This document shows, piece by piece, positions 36,237 to 45,375 of a DNA stretch of 64,000 bases. The notes beneath the pieces are model-generated. The model ran no database searches. It was not told the DNA's origin and worked only from the letters and a program-made list of their open reading frames with translations. Both the position numbers and the translations under genes were made by a program. Origin of the DNA: Candidatus Adlerbacteria bacterium GW2011_GWA1_54_10 (GTDB taxonomy: Bacteria; Patescibacteriota; Minisyncoccia; Phycocordibacterales; SBAW01); the NCBI GenBank assembly GCA_001004665.1, contig LCRO01000002.1, forward strand, positions 27,060 to 91,059, given 5' to 3'. Every line of letters starts with the position of its first letter. Positions within the stretch are counted from its first letter, which is position 1.

Positions 36237-37678
36237 ACCTTCTTTCATTTTTCAAACCAAAGCCGAACCGCGCTCTACCCCAGCTAAAGTTCCACAACAC
36301 ACTTTCGGGAAAGCTGGAGGTTTTTGAGTCGTTTAACTCCACCGTGCGGATGTACAACTGCGGACCCACCGCGTATGACCGACAACACATTGGAAATTTT
36401 TTTCCGTCCGTGGTCGCAAATATTTTGCGCAGAATACTCGAAGTGTGGGGTTACAGCGTGTTAGAAGTAAACAATATCACCGATTTCGGGCATATTTCCG
36501 AGGACGAGGACACAGAAGACAAAATGACTAAAGGGTTGCGACGTGAGGGCCTCGAACTTAACCTAAAAAATATGCGCGCGCTCGCGGAGAAGTACGCGGA
36601 GCTGTTTTTTGAAGATTTACCGCATCTTGGCATCGACCCTAAAAAAGTACAGTATCCGCGCGCAAGCGACTATATACCGGAGCAAATCGCGCTCGTTAAG
36701 ACGCTCGAGCAAAAGGGTTATGCATACAAGACAAGTGATGGGGTGTATTTCGACATCTCAAAATTTCCGCTCTACGGAAAGCTCGGTAGCATCAACCTTA
36801 TGGGCCAGCAAGCCGGAGCCCGCGTGGAGGAAAATCCGGAAAAGCGCAACCCTTACGATTTTGCCCTCTGGAAGCTCGACCGGAGGCTGGGATGGGAATC
36901 TCCGTGGGGCCTGGGCTTCCCGGGGTGGCATACCGAGTGTGTGGCAATGATATTTAAATTGCTTGGCCGACAGATTGACATTCACATGGGGGGCATCGAT
37001 CTTGCGCCAGTTCATCACAATAACGAAATCGCGCAGGCAGAGGCCGCGACCGGCAAGCAGTTCGTGAGGTACTGGATTCACAACGCGCATATAACCGTCG
37101 AGGGCAAGAAAATCTCCAAATCAATCGGAAACACGGTGTATCTGCACAATCTGGTTGACCGCGGACTCTCACCTCGCTCATTGCGCTATTGGTTTTTGAC
37201 CGGACACTACAGAAGTCCCACTAATTTTACATGGGGAGCGATAGAAGGCGCGGACACGGCGCTTGCCCGACTCCAGCGTCTTTTCTTGGAACTTCCGCCG
37301 TCGGGCTTCGCGCCGGACGAAAAATTTTTAAATGATTTTTACGCGGCCGTGGCGGATGATCTCGACATGCCGCGAGCGCTTGCGCGCGTGTGGGATCTTG
37401 CGCGAGACGAGAATATTTCCCCCACTATAAAAAAGAGTTCGCTCGCGCGCGCCGACAAAATATTGGGGCTTGGTCTTGCGGATGCGCGTCCGATTGCCAG
37501 ATTGCGCGTCGTTGAGCGCGGGGACCTGCCCGAGGAAGTGCGGAAATTGGTGGCAGAGCGCGAAGTTGCGCGGGCATCGCGCGACTTCGCGCACGCGGAC
37601 GACTTGCGCGGCCAAATGGCCACGCTTGGCTACGCCGTCGAGGATACATTGAGCGGCCCCAGAATCACGAAAAAATAA
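36227..37678 (+). CDS. cysS: cysteinyl-tRNA synthetase
   Basis: MYNCGPTAYDRQHIGNF (HIGH); Zn ligands; KISKSIGN (KMSKS); C-terminal anticodon-binding domain. Confidence 0.9.
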   Translation: MAVNLLSFFKPKPNRALPQLKFHNTLSGKLEVFESFNSTVRMYNCGPTAYDRQHIGNFFPSVVANILRRILEVWGYSVLEVNNITDFGHISEDEDTEDKMTKGLRREGLELNLKNMRALAEKYAELFFEDLPHLGIDPKKVQYPRASDYIPEQIALVKTLEQKGYAYKTSDGVYFDISKFPLYGKLGSINLMGQQAGARVEENPEKRNPYDFALWKLDRRLGWESPWGLGFPGWHTECVAMIFKLLGRQIDIHMGGIDLAPVHHNNEIAQAEAATGKQFVRYWIHNAHITVEGKKISKSIGNTVYLHNLVDRGLSPRSLRYWFLTGHYRSPTNFTWGAIEGADTALARLQRLFLELPPSGFAPDEKFLNDFYAAVADDLDMPRALARVWDLARDENISPTIKKSSLARADKILGLGLADARPIARLRVVERGDLPEEVRKLVAEREVARASRDFAHADDLRGQMATLGYAVEDTLSGPRITKK

Positions 37679-37711
37679 AGGTTTTCTTGTCCACCCATTA
37701 TCCCACTTATC

Positions 37712-37739
37712 CCCCGTTTTGACCTCTTAACAAACGGGG
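37712..37739 (+). terminator. stem-loop downstream of cysS (weak terminator or regulatory hairpin; no U-tract)
   Basis: CCCCGTTT-(12-nt loop)-AAACGGGG, an 8-bp perfect stem, followed by TACGATATTCAT then the dnaB ATG. Confidence 0.3.
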
Positions 37740-37751
37740 TACGATATTCAT

Positions 37752-39131
37752 ATGGCCGGAAGGAAAAGAGACGGACTGCGCTTGCCGCCGCAGACTATTG
37801 AATCCGAAAGGGCATTCCTTGGAGCGCTTATGATACGCGCAGAGGCCATGGCGGAGAGCGTAGACAGCATCTCGCCCGACGCCTTTTATGCCGAGAAGCA
37901 TCGCCTTATTTATCGCGCCATGTTCGGTCTCTTTAACAAGAGCGAGCCGGTGGACGTCGAGAGTGTGAGAGTAAAGCTGGCCGATGAGGGTCTGCTCGAA
38001 CAAGTGGGCGGAGTTGCGTATCTTGCCGAGCTTGCCGCTGACGTGCCGGCGGCAAGCAATGCCCGTTTTTACGCGGGGCAGGTGCAGAAAAAGCATATGC
38101 TCCGCTCGCTAATTGGCGCTGGAGAGTATGTTGCGGAGCTTGGGTACGACGAGGCGGGTGATCTGGACGAGACGCTCGATAAGGCCGAGAAGAGAGTATA
38201 CGAGGTGACCTCAACCCCGACATTGTCCAAATTTACCCCACTGCGGGAGTCGCTTAAAGAGGCGTGGGAGAGGCTCGAGCACCTGCAGGAGAACAAGGAG
38301 GAGATGCGTGGCGTGCGTACGGGCTTTAAGGATCTGGACACCCTGCTCGCCGGCCTGCAAAAATCGGACCTCGTTATCCTTGCCGCGCGTCCATCAATGG
38401 GAAAGACTGCGCTCGCGCTTGATATTGCGCGGCAGACCGCGGTGCAGTACGGCACGACCGTAGGCATCTTCTCCCTTGAAATGTCTTCACAGCAGTTAAT
38501 AGACCGCATGGTCGCCGCGCAGGCGCGCGTCAATTCGTGGCATCTGCGCACCGGCTCAATCCGTGACGAGGAGGACTGGTCGCGCATACGCGACGCCTAC
38601 GGCGTGCTCTCGCAGGCGCCGATATTCGTGGACGACGCACCCGGTTCCAACATACTTAAAATGCGCGCGGTCGCGCGGCGGCTCAAGCGCGAGCAGGGTC
38701 TTGGACTGCTTATAGTCGACTACCTTCAACTGATGGTTCCCACCGGAGCGCGCGCGAGCGACTCGCTTGTACAGCAGGTTACCGAGATATCCCGCGCCCT
38801 CAAGACGCTCGCACGCGAGCTCGATGTGCCTGTGCTCGCCCTCTCCCAGCTCTCGCGCGCTATAGAACAGCGCCGCGGCAAGCCGCGCCTCAGCGACCTG
38901 CGCGACAGCGGCTCCATCGAGCAGGACGCCGACGTGGTGATGTTCATCCACCGCGATGACAAATACAACGAAGACAGTGACCGACCCAATGTAGCCGAGA
39001 TACTTATAGAAAAACATCGCAACGGCCCCGTGGGCAAAATCGAGCTTTACTTTGACGAGAAGCGCACTACTTTTATGTCGCTAGAAAAATCCGACTTGAG
39101 CGCGTTTGATGTCGCAAATGAACCCAATTGA
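37752..39131 (+). CDS. dnaB: replicative DNA helicase DnaB
   Basis: N-terminal domain ERAFLGALMIRAEAM...; Walker A AARPSMGKTALALDIA; RecA-like core. No intein. Confidence 0.9.
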   Translation: MAGRKRDGLRLPPQTIESERAFLGALMIRAEAMAESVDSISPDAFYAEKHRLIYRAMFGLFNKSEPVDVESVRVKLADEGLLEQVGGVAYLAELAADVPAASNARFYAGQVQKKHMLRSLIGAGEYVAELGYDEAGDLDETLDKAEKRVYEVTSTPTLSKFTPLRESLKEAWERLEHLQENKEEMRGVRTGFKDLDTLLAGLQKSDLVILAARPSMGKTALALDIARQTAVQYGTTVGIFSLEMSSQQLIDRMVAAQARVNSWHLRTGSIRDEEDWSRIRDAYGVLSQAPIFVDDAPGSNILKMRAVARRLKREQGLGLLIVDYLQLMVPTGARASDSLVQQVTEISRALKTLARELDVPVLALSQLSRAIEQRRGKPRLSDLRDSGSIEQDADVVMFIHRDDKYNEDSDRPNVAEILIEKHRNGPVGKIELYFDEKRTTFMSLEKSDLSAFDVANEPN

Positions 39132-39735
39132 CCGATTGGCTGAAGCTTTTGAGCGTTTTCCGGGAATAGGGCCGCGGCAGGCCGGGCGCTTTGTGCAGTA
39201 CCTGCTCCGGCAGAACCAAAGCTACCGGAGCACGCTCGCAGACTCCATTAAAAAATTGAGCGCGGAAACGGCGCAGTGCAATAAATGTTTTCGGTGGTTC
39301 GTAAAATCAGACGCAAAAAGAGATTTTTGCGATATTTGCGGTGACGCTCGCCGCGATGCTTCCCTGCTGTTTGTGGTCGAAAAGGATGCAGATATCGAAA
39401 ACGTGGAGAAAAGCGGATACAGAGGGCTTTATTTTGTATTGAGCGGCACCATTCCTCTTGCCAGCGAAGAGCCGCAAAAATTTATACGATTGGAGAAGCT
39501 CCTAGTCCGAGCAAATCATAGAAACCATAGAGGCGACGCCTCTATGAAATTGCAGGAAATTATTTTGGGGCTTTCGGCGACCGCCGAGGGCGATCACACG
39601 CGGCTCATTCTGCAGGAAAAATTGAAGAACGCCGGTCCCAAAATTTCTTCTCTCGGCCGCGGCCTCTCAACGGGCTCGGAACTTGAATATGCCGATCCTG
39701 ATACCATCGCGAGTGCGTTTGACTCTCGAAATTAA
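39106..39735 (+). CDS. recR: recombination protein RecR
   Basis: HhH LAEAFERFPGIGPRQAGRF; C4 zinc finger CNKCFRWF...CDICGD; Toprim SLLFVVEKDADIENVEKSGYRGLYFVLSG. Confidence 0.85.
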   Translation: MMSQMNPIDRLAEAFERFPGIGPRQAGRFVQYLLRQNQSYRSTLADSIKKLSAETAQCNKCFRWFVKSDAKRDFCDICGDARRDASLLFVVEKDADIENVEKSGYRGLYFVLSGTIPLASEEPQKFIRLEKLLVRANHRNHRGDASMKLQEIILGLSATAEGDHTRLILQEKLKNAGPKISSLGRGLSTGSELEYADPDTIASAFDSRN

Positions 39736-39739
39736 ATCT

Positions 39740-40078
39740 TTATGCCAATTTCGTTATTGTGACCTCGAAAAACGGCTGGCGGTGACCGCGCTTTTTAAAA
39801 TAATTCGACTTGGCCTTATATTTGATGACGGTGACTTTCTTGGCGCGGCTGATCTTTTTTATCTCGCCCGTGACTTTCGCCCCTTCCACATAGGGTTGCC
39901 CTATGGAAGTGTCTTTGCCGTTGTCGGTTAGGATAATCTTGTCAAAAACGACCGAATCCCCCACGCCACAGGCGTGTCCCGAGCTTGCTCGGGGGCGAAT
40001 CTTCTCAATTTTTATGGTGTCCCCTTCGGACACCATATATTGTTTTCCTCCTGTCTCTATTATCGCAAATTCCTTCAC
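39740..40078 (-). CDS. rplU: 50S ribosomal protein L21
   Basis: MKEFAIIETGGKQYMVSEGDTIKIEKI...KVTVIKYKAKSNYFKKRGHRQPFFEVTI. Not linked to rpmA in this genome. Confidence 0.9.
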   Translation of the reverse strand: MKEFAIIETGGKQYMVSEGDTIKIEKIRPRASSGHACGVGDSVVFDKIILTDNGKDTSIGQPYVEGAKVTGEIKKISRAKKVTVIKYKAKSNYFKKRGHRQPFFEVTITKLA

Positions 40079-40093
40079 GCGGGATACTGTAGC

Positions 40094-41089
40094 CTATTCT
40101 TTAGACTCGAGCAAGGGCTTTTCAACCGTCTCAAGCCGTAGGTCCATGGACTCCTCGGTGATCCTTACCACATCCTTGTCTATCGCGCGGAACGCCTTGC
40201 CTGACTTTTCGAAATGCCCAACTGCGGCGCTAAGTGACTTACCAAGCGCGTTGTGAGAATCCTGATAGGAAGCAAGGTCCTTGGCGAGATGGGCGACGTT
40301 CTTCATTATGTCCTTCGCCGCTTCTTGTATCTTCATCCGCTGATTGCCGAATAAAATTGTTTTTAGGTACGCGAGAAATGTCGTCGGCGAGGCGATTATG
40401 ACGCTCTTTTGGCGGTACGCATAGTCGATAAGGTCCCGCGCATTGACTCCAATACCCACGTCGTTATTCAAAAGATCGTAATAAATGCCCTCTGCAGGAA
40501 TAAACATGAAGGCGAACGGCAGGGTACCCTCTTCGGGGCGTATGTACTTGGAGCACTCGTCAATGCGTTTTTTGACGTCGCTCTTAAAGTCTTTGCGGTA
40601 TTGCTCTTTGCGCAGGTCGTCCAGCTCGTCTACCAGCCGCAAGTAATTTTCCAGAGGAAATTTTGCATCGACCGGCACAAGTCCTTCGGGCGTTCGTATA
40701 ATAAAATCCACTTTCTCCCCGTCCTTAAACATATATTGCGGCTCATACTGCCCCGGAAGCACGTTGGAAAGTATGAGCTCGAGCGACGCCTCGCCAAGAT
40801 TGCCGCGCTGTTTTTGATTTTTCAATACCCTTTCGAGGTTGCTTAGCTGCTCGGCGACAGTGAGCACTTGCTTCGTGGACTCCTTGGTTTCGGACACGCC
40901 GCGCACTACTTCGAGTAGCTTGGCGTCAACCGAGTCGGTGAGCTGTTTGAACTGATTCTGCAGGAGCATAAAACCCTGCATGTCGGGCGGCGGAGGCAAG
41001 GCGGACGCGATGCTTTTACGCCAAAGCAAAAAAACCATCGCCATGTTCCCAAGGACGAGCAATATCAGCAGGATAACGAACCAATCCAT
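40094..41089 (-). CDS. rmuC: DNA recombination protein RmuC
   Basis: N-terminal TM, long coiled coil, C-terminal nuclease-like domain VDAKFPLENY...FAFMFIPAEGIYYDLL. Confidence 0.8.
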   Translation of the reverse strand: MDWFVILLILLVLGNMAMVFLLWRKSIASALPPPPDMQGFMLLQNQFKQLTDSVDAKLLEVVRGVSETKESTKQVLTVAEQLSNLERVLKNQKQRGNLGEASLELILSNVLPGQYEPQYMFKDGEKVDFIIRTPEGLVPVDAKFPLENYLRLVDELDDLRKEQYRKDFKSDVKKRIDECSKYIRPEEGTLPFAFMFIPAEGIYYDLLNNDVGIGVNARDLIDYAYRQKSVIIASPTTFLAYLKTILFGNQRMKIQEAAKDIMKNVAHLAKDLASYQDSHNALGKSLSAAVGHFEKSGKAFRAIDKDVVRITEESMDLRLETVEKPLLESKE

Positions 41090-41103
41090 GCTAATATCAT
41101 TGC

Positions 41104-41556
41104 ATGACGAAAGAAGAATTGAAAGAAGCCATGAAGGACGCGATGAAGAAGAAAGAGCCGGTCAAGCTTAATGTGATACGCGGATTGCTTGCGGCAATTA
41201 CCAACGAGGCCATATCCAAGGGCCGCGGGCCGGAGGGGGCCTTGAGCGAGGAGGAGACGATGACGGTGCTCGCCCGAGCGGCGCGCCAGCGCAGAGACTC
41301 CATAGAACAGTTCGAGAAGGGCGGCCGCCCCGAGCTCGCCGCGTCGGAAAAGGAGGAGCTTTTAATAATCGAACGCATACTCCCCGCGCAAATGCCGCGC
41401 GAGGAGATAGAAAAAATTGCCCGAGCAAAAGCCGCCGAGCTTGGCATAAGCGATAAAACCGGCTCGGGGAAGCTAATGAGTGCCTTGATGAAAGACCTTA
41501 AAGGAAAGGCCGACGGCGCTGTAGTTAAGGAAATTGTGGATAGCCTATTTGTTTGA
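41104..41556 (+). CDS. GatB/YqeY-domain protein
   Basis: 150 aa: MTKEELKEAMKDAMKKKEPVKLNVIRGLLAAITNE...SGKLMSALMKDLKGKADGAVVKEIV. Start is 14 bp from the divergent rmuC start. Confidence 0.8.
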   Translation: MTKEELKEAMKDAMKKKEPVKLNVIRGLLAAITNEAISKGRGPEGALSEEETMTVLARAARQRRDSIEQFEKGGRPELAASEKEELLIIERILPAQMPREEIEKIARAKAAELGISDKTGSGKLMSALMKDLKGKADGAVVKEIVDSLFV

Positions 41557-42138
41557 CCTATAGACAAAACGCCAAGGTTTGCCGGTCCACACTCCCCGGT
41601 TCGGAATTCCGATCCGGGGAGTTCTTTTTATCTCCTTCCGATATATTCTAACTCCCCTGTCTTCGACCCACAGACCCGTCTTCTTGCCTAGTGCTTTGCC
41701 ATTGAGACTCTTGTCTATGCCAAGCGCTTTGGTGAGCTTTGCCGGACCATTGAGCTCCGCAGAAGTCCTCCGCTCCGGAGAGATGAACACGACCCCTACT
41801 CCTCCGCGGAGGACTTCTGCTTTGCTTATTACTCCACGTATCAAGACTGCTGCTGGGAACCCTTCCCTACCGCATACGAGGTTCAGCATCCAGTGCATGC
41901 CGTAGGTAAAATAAACGTAAATGATGCCTCCGCGCATAAACATCGGGGTATTGCGCGCCGTCTGTCCGCGATGGGCGTGCGAGCCCTTATCCTCAAAACC
42001 AAAATAGGCCTCGGTTTCAGTTATCATGAGCGCCTCCTCGCGCCCGTTCATTCTTCTTACCAAGTATTTTCCCAGCAAATCACGTGCGGCAACAAGTGCC
42101 GGCCGCTCAAAAAATTCCGAACCCAATATTTTCCGCAT
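41545..42138 (-). CDS. mpg: DNA-3-methyladenine glycosylase (Mpg/AAG family)
   Basis: LLGKYLVRRMNGREEALMITETEAYFGFEDKGSHAHRGQTARNTPMFMRGGIIYVYFTYGMHWMLNLV...AVLIRG; C-terminal RIGIPNRGVWTGKPWRFVY. Start ATG at 42138, 2 nt after the tRNA-Glu 3' end. Overlaps yqeY stop by 12 nt. Confidence 0.8.
   Translation of the reverse strand: MRKILGSEFFERPALVAARDLLGKYLVRRMNGREEALMITETEAYFGFEDKGSHAHRGQTARNTPMFMRGGIIYVYFTYGMHWMLNLVCGREGFPAAVLIRGVISKAEVLRGGVGVVFISPERRTSAELNGPAKLTKALGIDKSLNGKALGKKTGLWVEDRGVRIYRKEIKRTPRIGIPNRGVWTGKPWRFVYRSNK
41591..41630 (+). terminator. rho-independent terminator for the yqeY transcript, embedded in the 3' coding region of the convergent mpg gene
   Basis: ACTCCCCGG-(14-nt palindromic loop TTCGGAATTCCGAT)-CCGGGGAGT followed by TCTTTTTA. 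Encodes ...PRIGIPNRGVWTG... of Mpg on the opposite strand. Confidence 0.55.
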
Positions 42139-42140
42139 TG

Positions 42141-42212
42141 TGACCCCGAGGGAAGTCGAATCCCTGTTTTCGCCGTGAGAGGGCGACGTCCTAACCACTA
42201 GACGACGGGGCC
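42141..42212 (-). tRNA. tRNA-Glu (anticodon CUC)
   Basis: GGCCCCGUCGUCUAGUGGUUAGGACGUCGCC-CUCUCAC-GGCGAAAACAGGGAUUCGACUUCCCUCGGGGUCA. Close match to the bacterial tRNA-Glu scaffold. CCA is not encoded. Confidence 0.8.
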
Positions 42213-42234
42213 GCCGAATTACATTATCAAAAAG

Positions 42235-43542
42235 TTATCTTTTCTTCCACTCCGCATCCTGACGCACCAGAAGCTCGCCGGCGCGGGAGGGGTCGGCCAT
42301 TATCTCCTCGACAACGCGCTCCATGCGCATGGACTGCGATCCCTTGACTAAGACACAGTCCCCTGCCTGCAATAAATTTTGAAGTTCACCTCCCGCCTTT
42401 TGCGAATCCTCGTATTGCAGGATGTCCGCGTCCCCGAGCCCGGCATCAAGCGCACCCTGTGCTATGTCACGGGCGCGGAATCCGACCGTCGCAAGAATGC
42501 CGCAGGTCTTCGCGGCATGCGCGCCTACTTTGCGATGCTCCTCGACGCTGTGGCGTCCGAGTTCAAGCATGTCGCCGAGCACGGCTATCTTCCGGCCTTT
42601 AAGAAGTGCGAGCGTATCGAGCGCCGCCACAACCGCGGCTGGCGAAGAATTATATGTGTCATCAATTATCAGCGTTTCCTTGACCCCGCGCAGGAGTCGC
42701 ATGCGCCCCGGCGGCGCCTCGTAATTTTTTAGTCCCTCGGCTATCGTCTCCATATCTTTGTCTAGAGCATTTCCAATGGCGGCTGCGGCAAGCAGTGGAA
42801 GGGACGCATGCAGGCCCACCGTACCCACTATCTCGACCGGCAGGGATTCGCCGCCTATGTGCACTTTGCCCGTCATACCGACCGGAAGGTTTGCTCTCCC
42901 TGAAGACTCTTCGAATAAAATTTCGAAATCTTCACCACGCACGTCGTTCCCATCCTTAAACCCGAATGTCAGGATTTTTGCGTCGGGCGCAGGGAGGCGA
43001 TGCTCCAGCGCGCGCGTGCGCTCATCGTCGCCGTATAAGATAAGCGTACCGCCCGGCTTAACGGCATCTATTATAGAGGCCTTCTCCTCCATTAGTTGCT
43101 CCGGCGAGTCAAAATATTCTACATGCACCGGTATTTCGGGAAGCCGTGTAATAACGGCAATGTCCACGGAAAGCCAGCCCGCAAGAGAGCGGATGTCACC
43201 GGGGCGGTCGGCGCCGGCCTCGAGCACCATCCACTCCGGATAGCGACTATCGAAGGCAAGCAGAAAAAAGCCGTCGATAATATTGCGCAGCCAGCCGAGC
43301 GGATTTTGCCACGCGTTCGGCACACCGAGTATAGTCAAAGGAAGTCCGACTTCGCTGTTAAAACTTTTTTCGCTCTTACGCACATGGTGCCCGCGCGAGA
43401 GTACGGAGTATATCGCGTCTTTGGCAGACGTCTTTCCAACGCTGCCGGTGACAACGACGACCTTCGGGCGGTATTTTTTAAGCACCGCACGAGCTTCCGC
43501 CGTCAGGATCGAAACGATTATTTTTTTGAAGATTGTGCGCAT
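42235..43542 (-). CDS. murF: UDP-MurNAc-tripeptide--D-Ala-D-Ala ligase MurF (short N-terminal domain)
   Basis: VVVVTGSVGKTSAKDAIYSVL (P-loop); IIDDTYNSSPAAVVAALDTLA; VLGDMLELGRHSVEEHRKVG. Mur ligase middle and C-terminal domains. Confidence 0.8.
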   Translation of the reverse strand: MRTIFKKIIVSILTAEARAVLKKYRPKVVVVTGSVGKTSAKDAIYSVLSRGHHVRKSEKSFNSEVGLPLTILGVPNAWQNPLGWLRNIIDGFFLLAFDSRYPEWMVLEAGADRPGDIRSLAGWLSVDIAVITRLPEIPVHVEYFDSPEQLMEEKASIIDAVKPGGTLILYGDDERTRALEHRLPAPDAKILTFGFKDGNDVRGEDFEILFEESSGRANLPVGMTGKVHIGGESLPVEIVGTVGLHASLPLLAAAAIGNALDKDMETIAEGLKNYEAPPGRMRLLRGVKETLIIDDTYNSSPAAVVAALDTLALLKGRKIAVLGDMLELGRHSVEEHRKVGAHAAKTCGILATVGFRARDIAQGALDAGLGDADILQYEDSQKAGGELQNLLQAGDCVLVKGSQSMRMERVVEEIMADPSRAGELLVRQDAEWKKR

Positions 43543-45104
43543 CAGCGGTCTGGGGGTATGTCATAATAGTTTATCAAAAATTGGGTCAGGGATTTGAAAG
43601 GCAGTGCCCAGGTTTGCGAGCTGAATGACGCCCCACGCGGCTCCGCCGCTAAGAGGAAAACTACGAACCTAGCGTCAAAGCTCGGGAAGTAGCCGAAAAA
43701 GCTGTGCAGATAGCGGTCCTCATAATATCCGCCATCCGGGCTCGCCATCTGGGCGGTACCGGTCTTGGCGGCAACGCTCCAGTGCCGCAGTTTAACGGCA
43801 CCGTTCGCAAGCGGCCCGTCAACCACCTTGGTAAGCATGCGGCTTATTGTGACACTCGTCTCTTGCTTCAGCACCCGCTCCGGCTCGCCCCAGCCAAGCT
43901 CGCGTACTAGGCCACTTTCCTCCTCGACCGCCTTGACAACGTGCGGCACGACCAGCTTGCCGCCGTTCGCCAAGGTCGCAAACGCTCTTGCCATCTCTAT
44001 GGGCGTAGTCGCTATGCCCTGCCCGAATGACGCCGTGGCATACTCGACCTGTCTCGGGCTTTGCAAATTTTCCGTAAGCCCGCGCACCTCGCCGGGTAGG
44101 TCTATACCCGTTTCCTGACCAAGCTTGTATCGCTCGAGAAAATATTCCCGCATTTTCTCAGCGCCAAGCTTGCCCGCCACGTGCGCCGCGCCCACATTGA
44201 GAGACTGGCTCAAGATCTCCTGCATGGGTACGGTGCCGCGCGCCTTGCCGTCGAAGTTCGAGAATGTCTTTCCATCCATGGTTACCGAGCCGGTGTCGTT
44301 GTAAGTGCTGTCCTCGTTTACTGCGCCGGCGTCGAAACCCGCGGCCATCGTAAGAGGTTTCATTATGGAGCCCATCTCGTAAACATTCTCGACCATGGGG
44401 TTGCCGAAAACGCGCGCGTCCTTCTCTTTGTTAAACTCATTCGGACTGAAGGCCGGCAAAGCGGCCATAGCGATTATCTCGCCTGTGTTCGGATCCATGA
44501 CGATGCCGCCCGCAAGCGCTGGATGCCAGCTTTCGGCATATGCTTCCAAAGTGCGCTCCAGCTCCGCCTGCACCACGGGCTCTATCGTAGTTATGAGATC
44601 TCCTTTTTGCGGAGCGCCGCGCAGGGCGTTTGATACTCCGCCGAAAAGCTCCACGAAAAAATTCGCATACAAGCCGCCCTCCGGTCGCGAGAGAGTCTGC
44701 TCGTAATATCGTTCGAGCCCGTAGCGCCCCTTCTGCACGGAGTCGTTGTTGTACGCGACGAAGCCGAGCACGTGCGCCGCCAGCCATCCTCCAGGATAAT
44801 AACGCTGGCCGGGCGCGCTGCTGGTAGAATTGTCCTGTACTTGCGCGGGCGGGCTAAGAGTCGCCGCCAGAATTCGCTCGCCGTCCTTTCCGGAAAAATA
44901 AATGGACCCGCGGTTGAGCAGAGGGTCCTTGGTTACGACGGCCTGCGCCTGCGCGCGCCGCGCGTACTCCTCGCCATGGATGACCTGCAGATAATACAGC
45001 CTGCCCGCCATTATCAGCGCGGCAATGCACAGCAGGAGAGCCAGCGCCCTGACCCGCAGGACAAAGCGGTCAGAGCCCGAGCGATAGAACACTCTGTGAT
45101 ACAT
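43542..45104 (-). CDS. ftsI: class B penicillin-binding protein (FtsI-like transpeptidase)
   Basis: N-terminal TM. SxxK as GSIMKPLTMAAGF. SxN as LSQSLNVGA. KTG as AAKTGTAQ. In the dcw context mraZ-rsmH-ftsL-ftsI-murF. Confidence 0.85.
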   Translation of the reverse strand: MYHRVFYRSGSDRFVLRVRALALLLCIAALIMAGRLYYLQVIHGEEYARRAQAQAVVTKDPLLNRGSIYFSGKDGERILAATLSPPAQVQDNSTSSAPGQRYYPGGWLAAHVLGFVAYNNDSVQKGRYGLERYYEQTLSRPEGGLYANFFVELFGGVSNALRGAPQKGDLITTIEPVVQAELERTLEAYAESWHPALAGGIVMDPNTGEIIAMAALPAFSPNEFNKEKDARVFGNPMVENVYEMGSIMKPLTMAAGFDAGAVNEDSTYNDTGSVTMDGKTFSNFDGKARGTVPMQEILSQSLNVGAAHVAGKLGAEKMREYFLERYKLGQETGIDLPGEVRGLTENLQSPRQVEYATASFGQGIATTPIEMARAFATLANGGKLVVPHVVKAVEEESGLVRELGWGEPERVLKQETSVTISRMLTKVVDGPLANGAVKLRHWSVAAKTGTAQMASPDGGYYEDRYLHSFFGYFPSFDARFVVFLLAAEPRGASFSSQTWALPFKSLTQFLINYYDIPPDR

Positions 45105-45375
45105 ATATGACTGTGGTTGCCGAAGGCTCTACGAGGCCGAGTTCTGTCCCGCGTCGGGGCGTAAGGGTTTTTTGGAGGGCAAGGCGCTCGCCCTCGAGTG
45201 CACTAACCTGCCCGGAGAGCGCCCACACCTGCCTTTCGGCCGTGCTTGCCTGTGCGGCGTTCGATACGGCAAGTAAAAGCAGTACGCCGTAAAGGAACAC
45301 CATTATTGCGCATATTACACCGATATACGCTATCAGCCTGCTGGTGTATCTATCATAAATTGCTAATGTATGCAT
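45070..45375 (-). CDS. ftsL: cell division protein FtsL-like (bitopic, coiled coil)
   Basis: MHTLAIYDRYTSRLIAYIGVICAIMVFLYGVLLLLAVSNAAQASTAERQVWALSGQVSALEGERLALQKTL. Sits between rsmH and ftsI. Confidence 0.6.
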   Translation of the reverse strand: MHTLAIYDRYTSRLIAYIGVICAIMVFLYGVLLLLAVSNAAQASTAERQVWALSGQVSALEGERLALQKTLTPRRGTELGLVEPSATTVIYVSQSVLSLGL

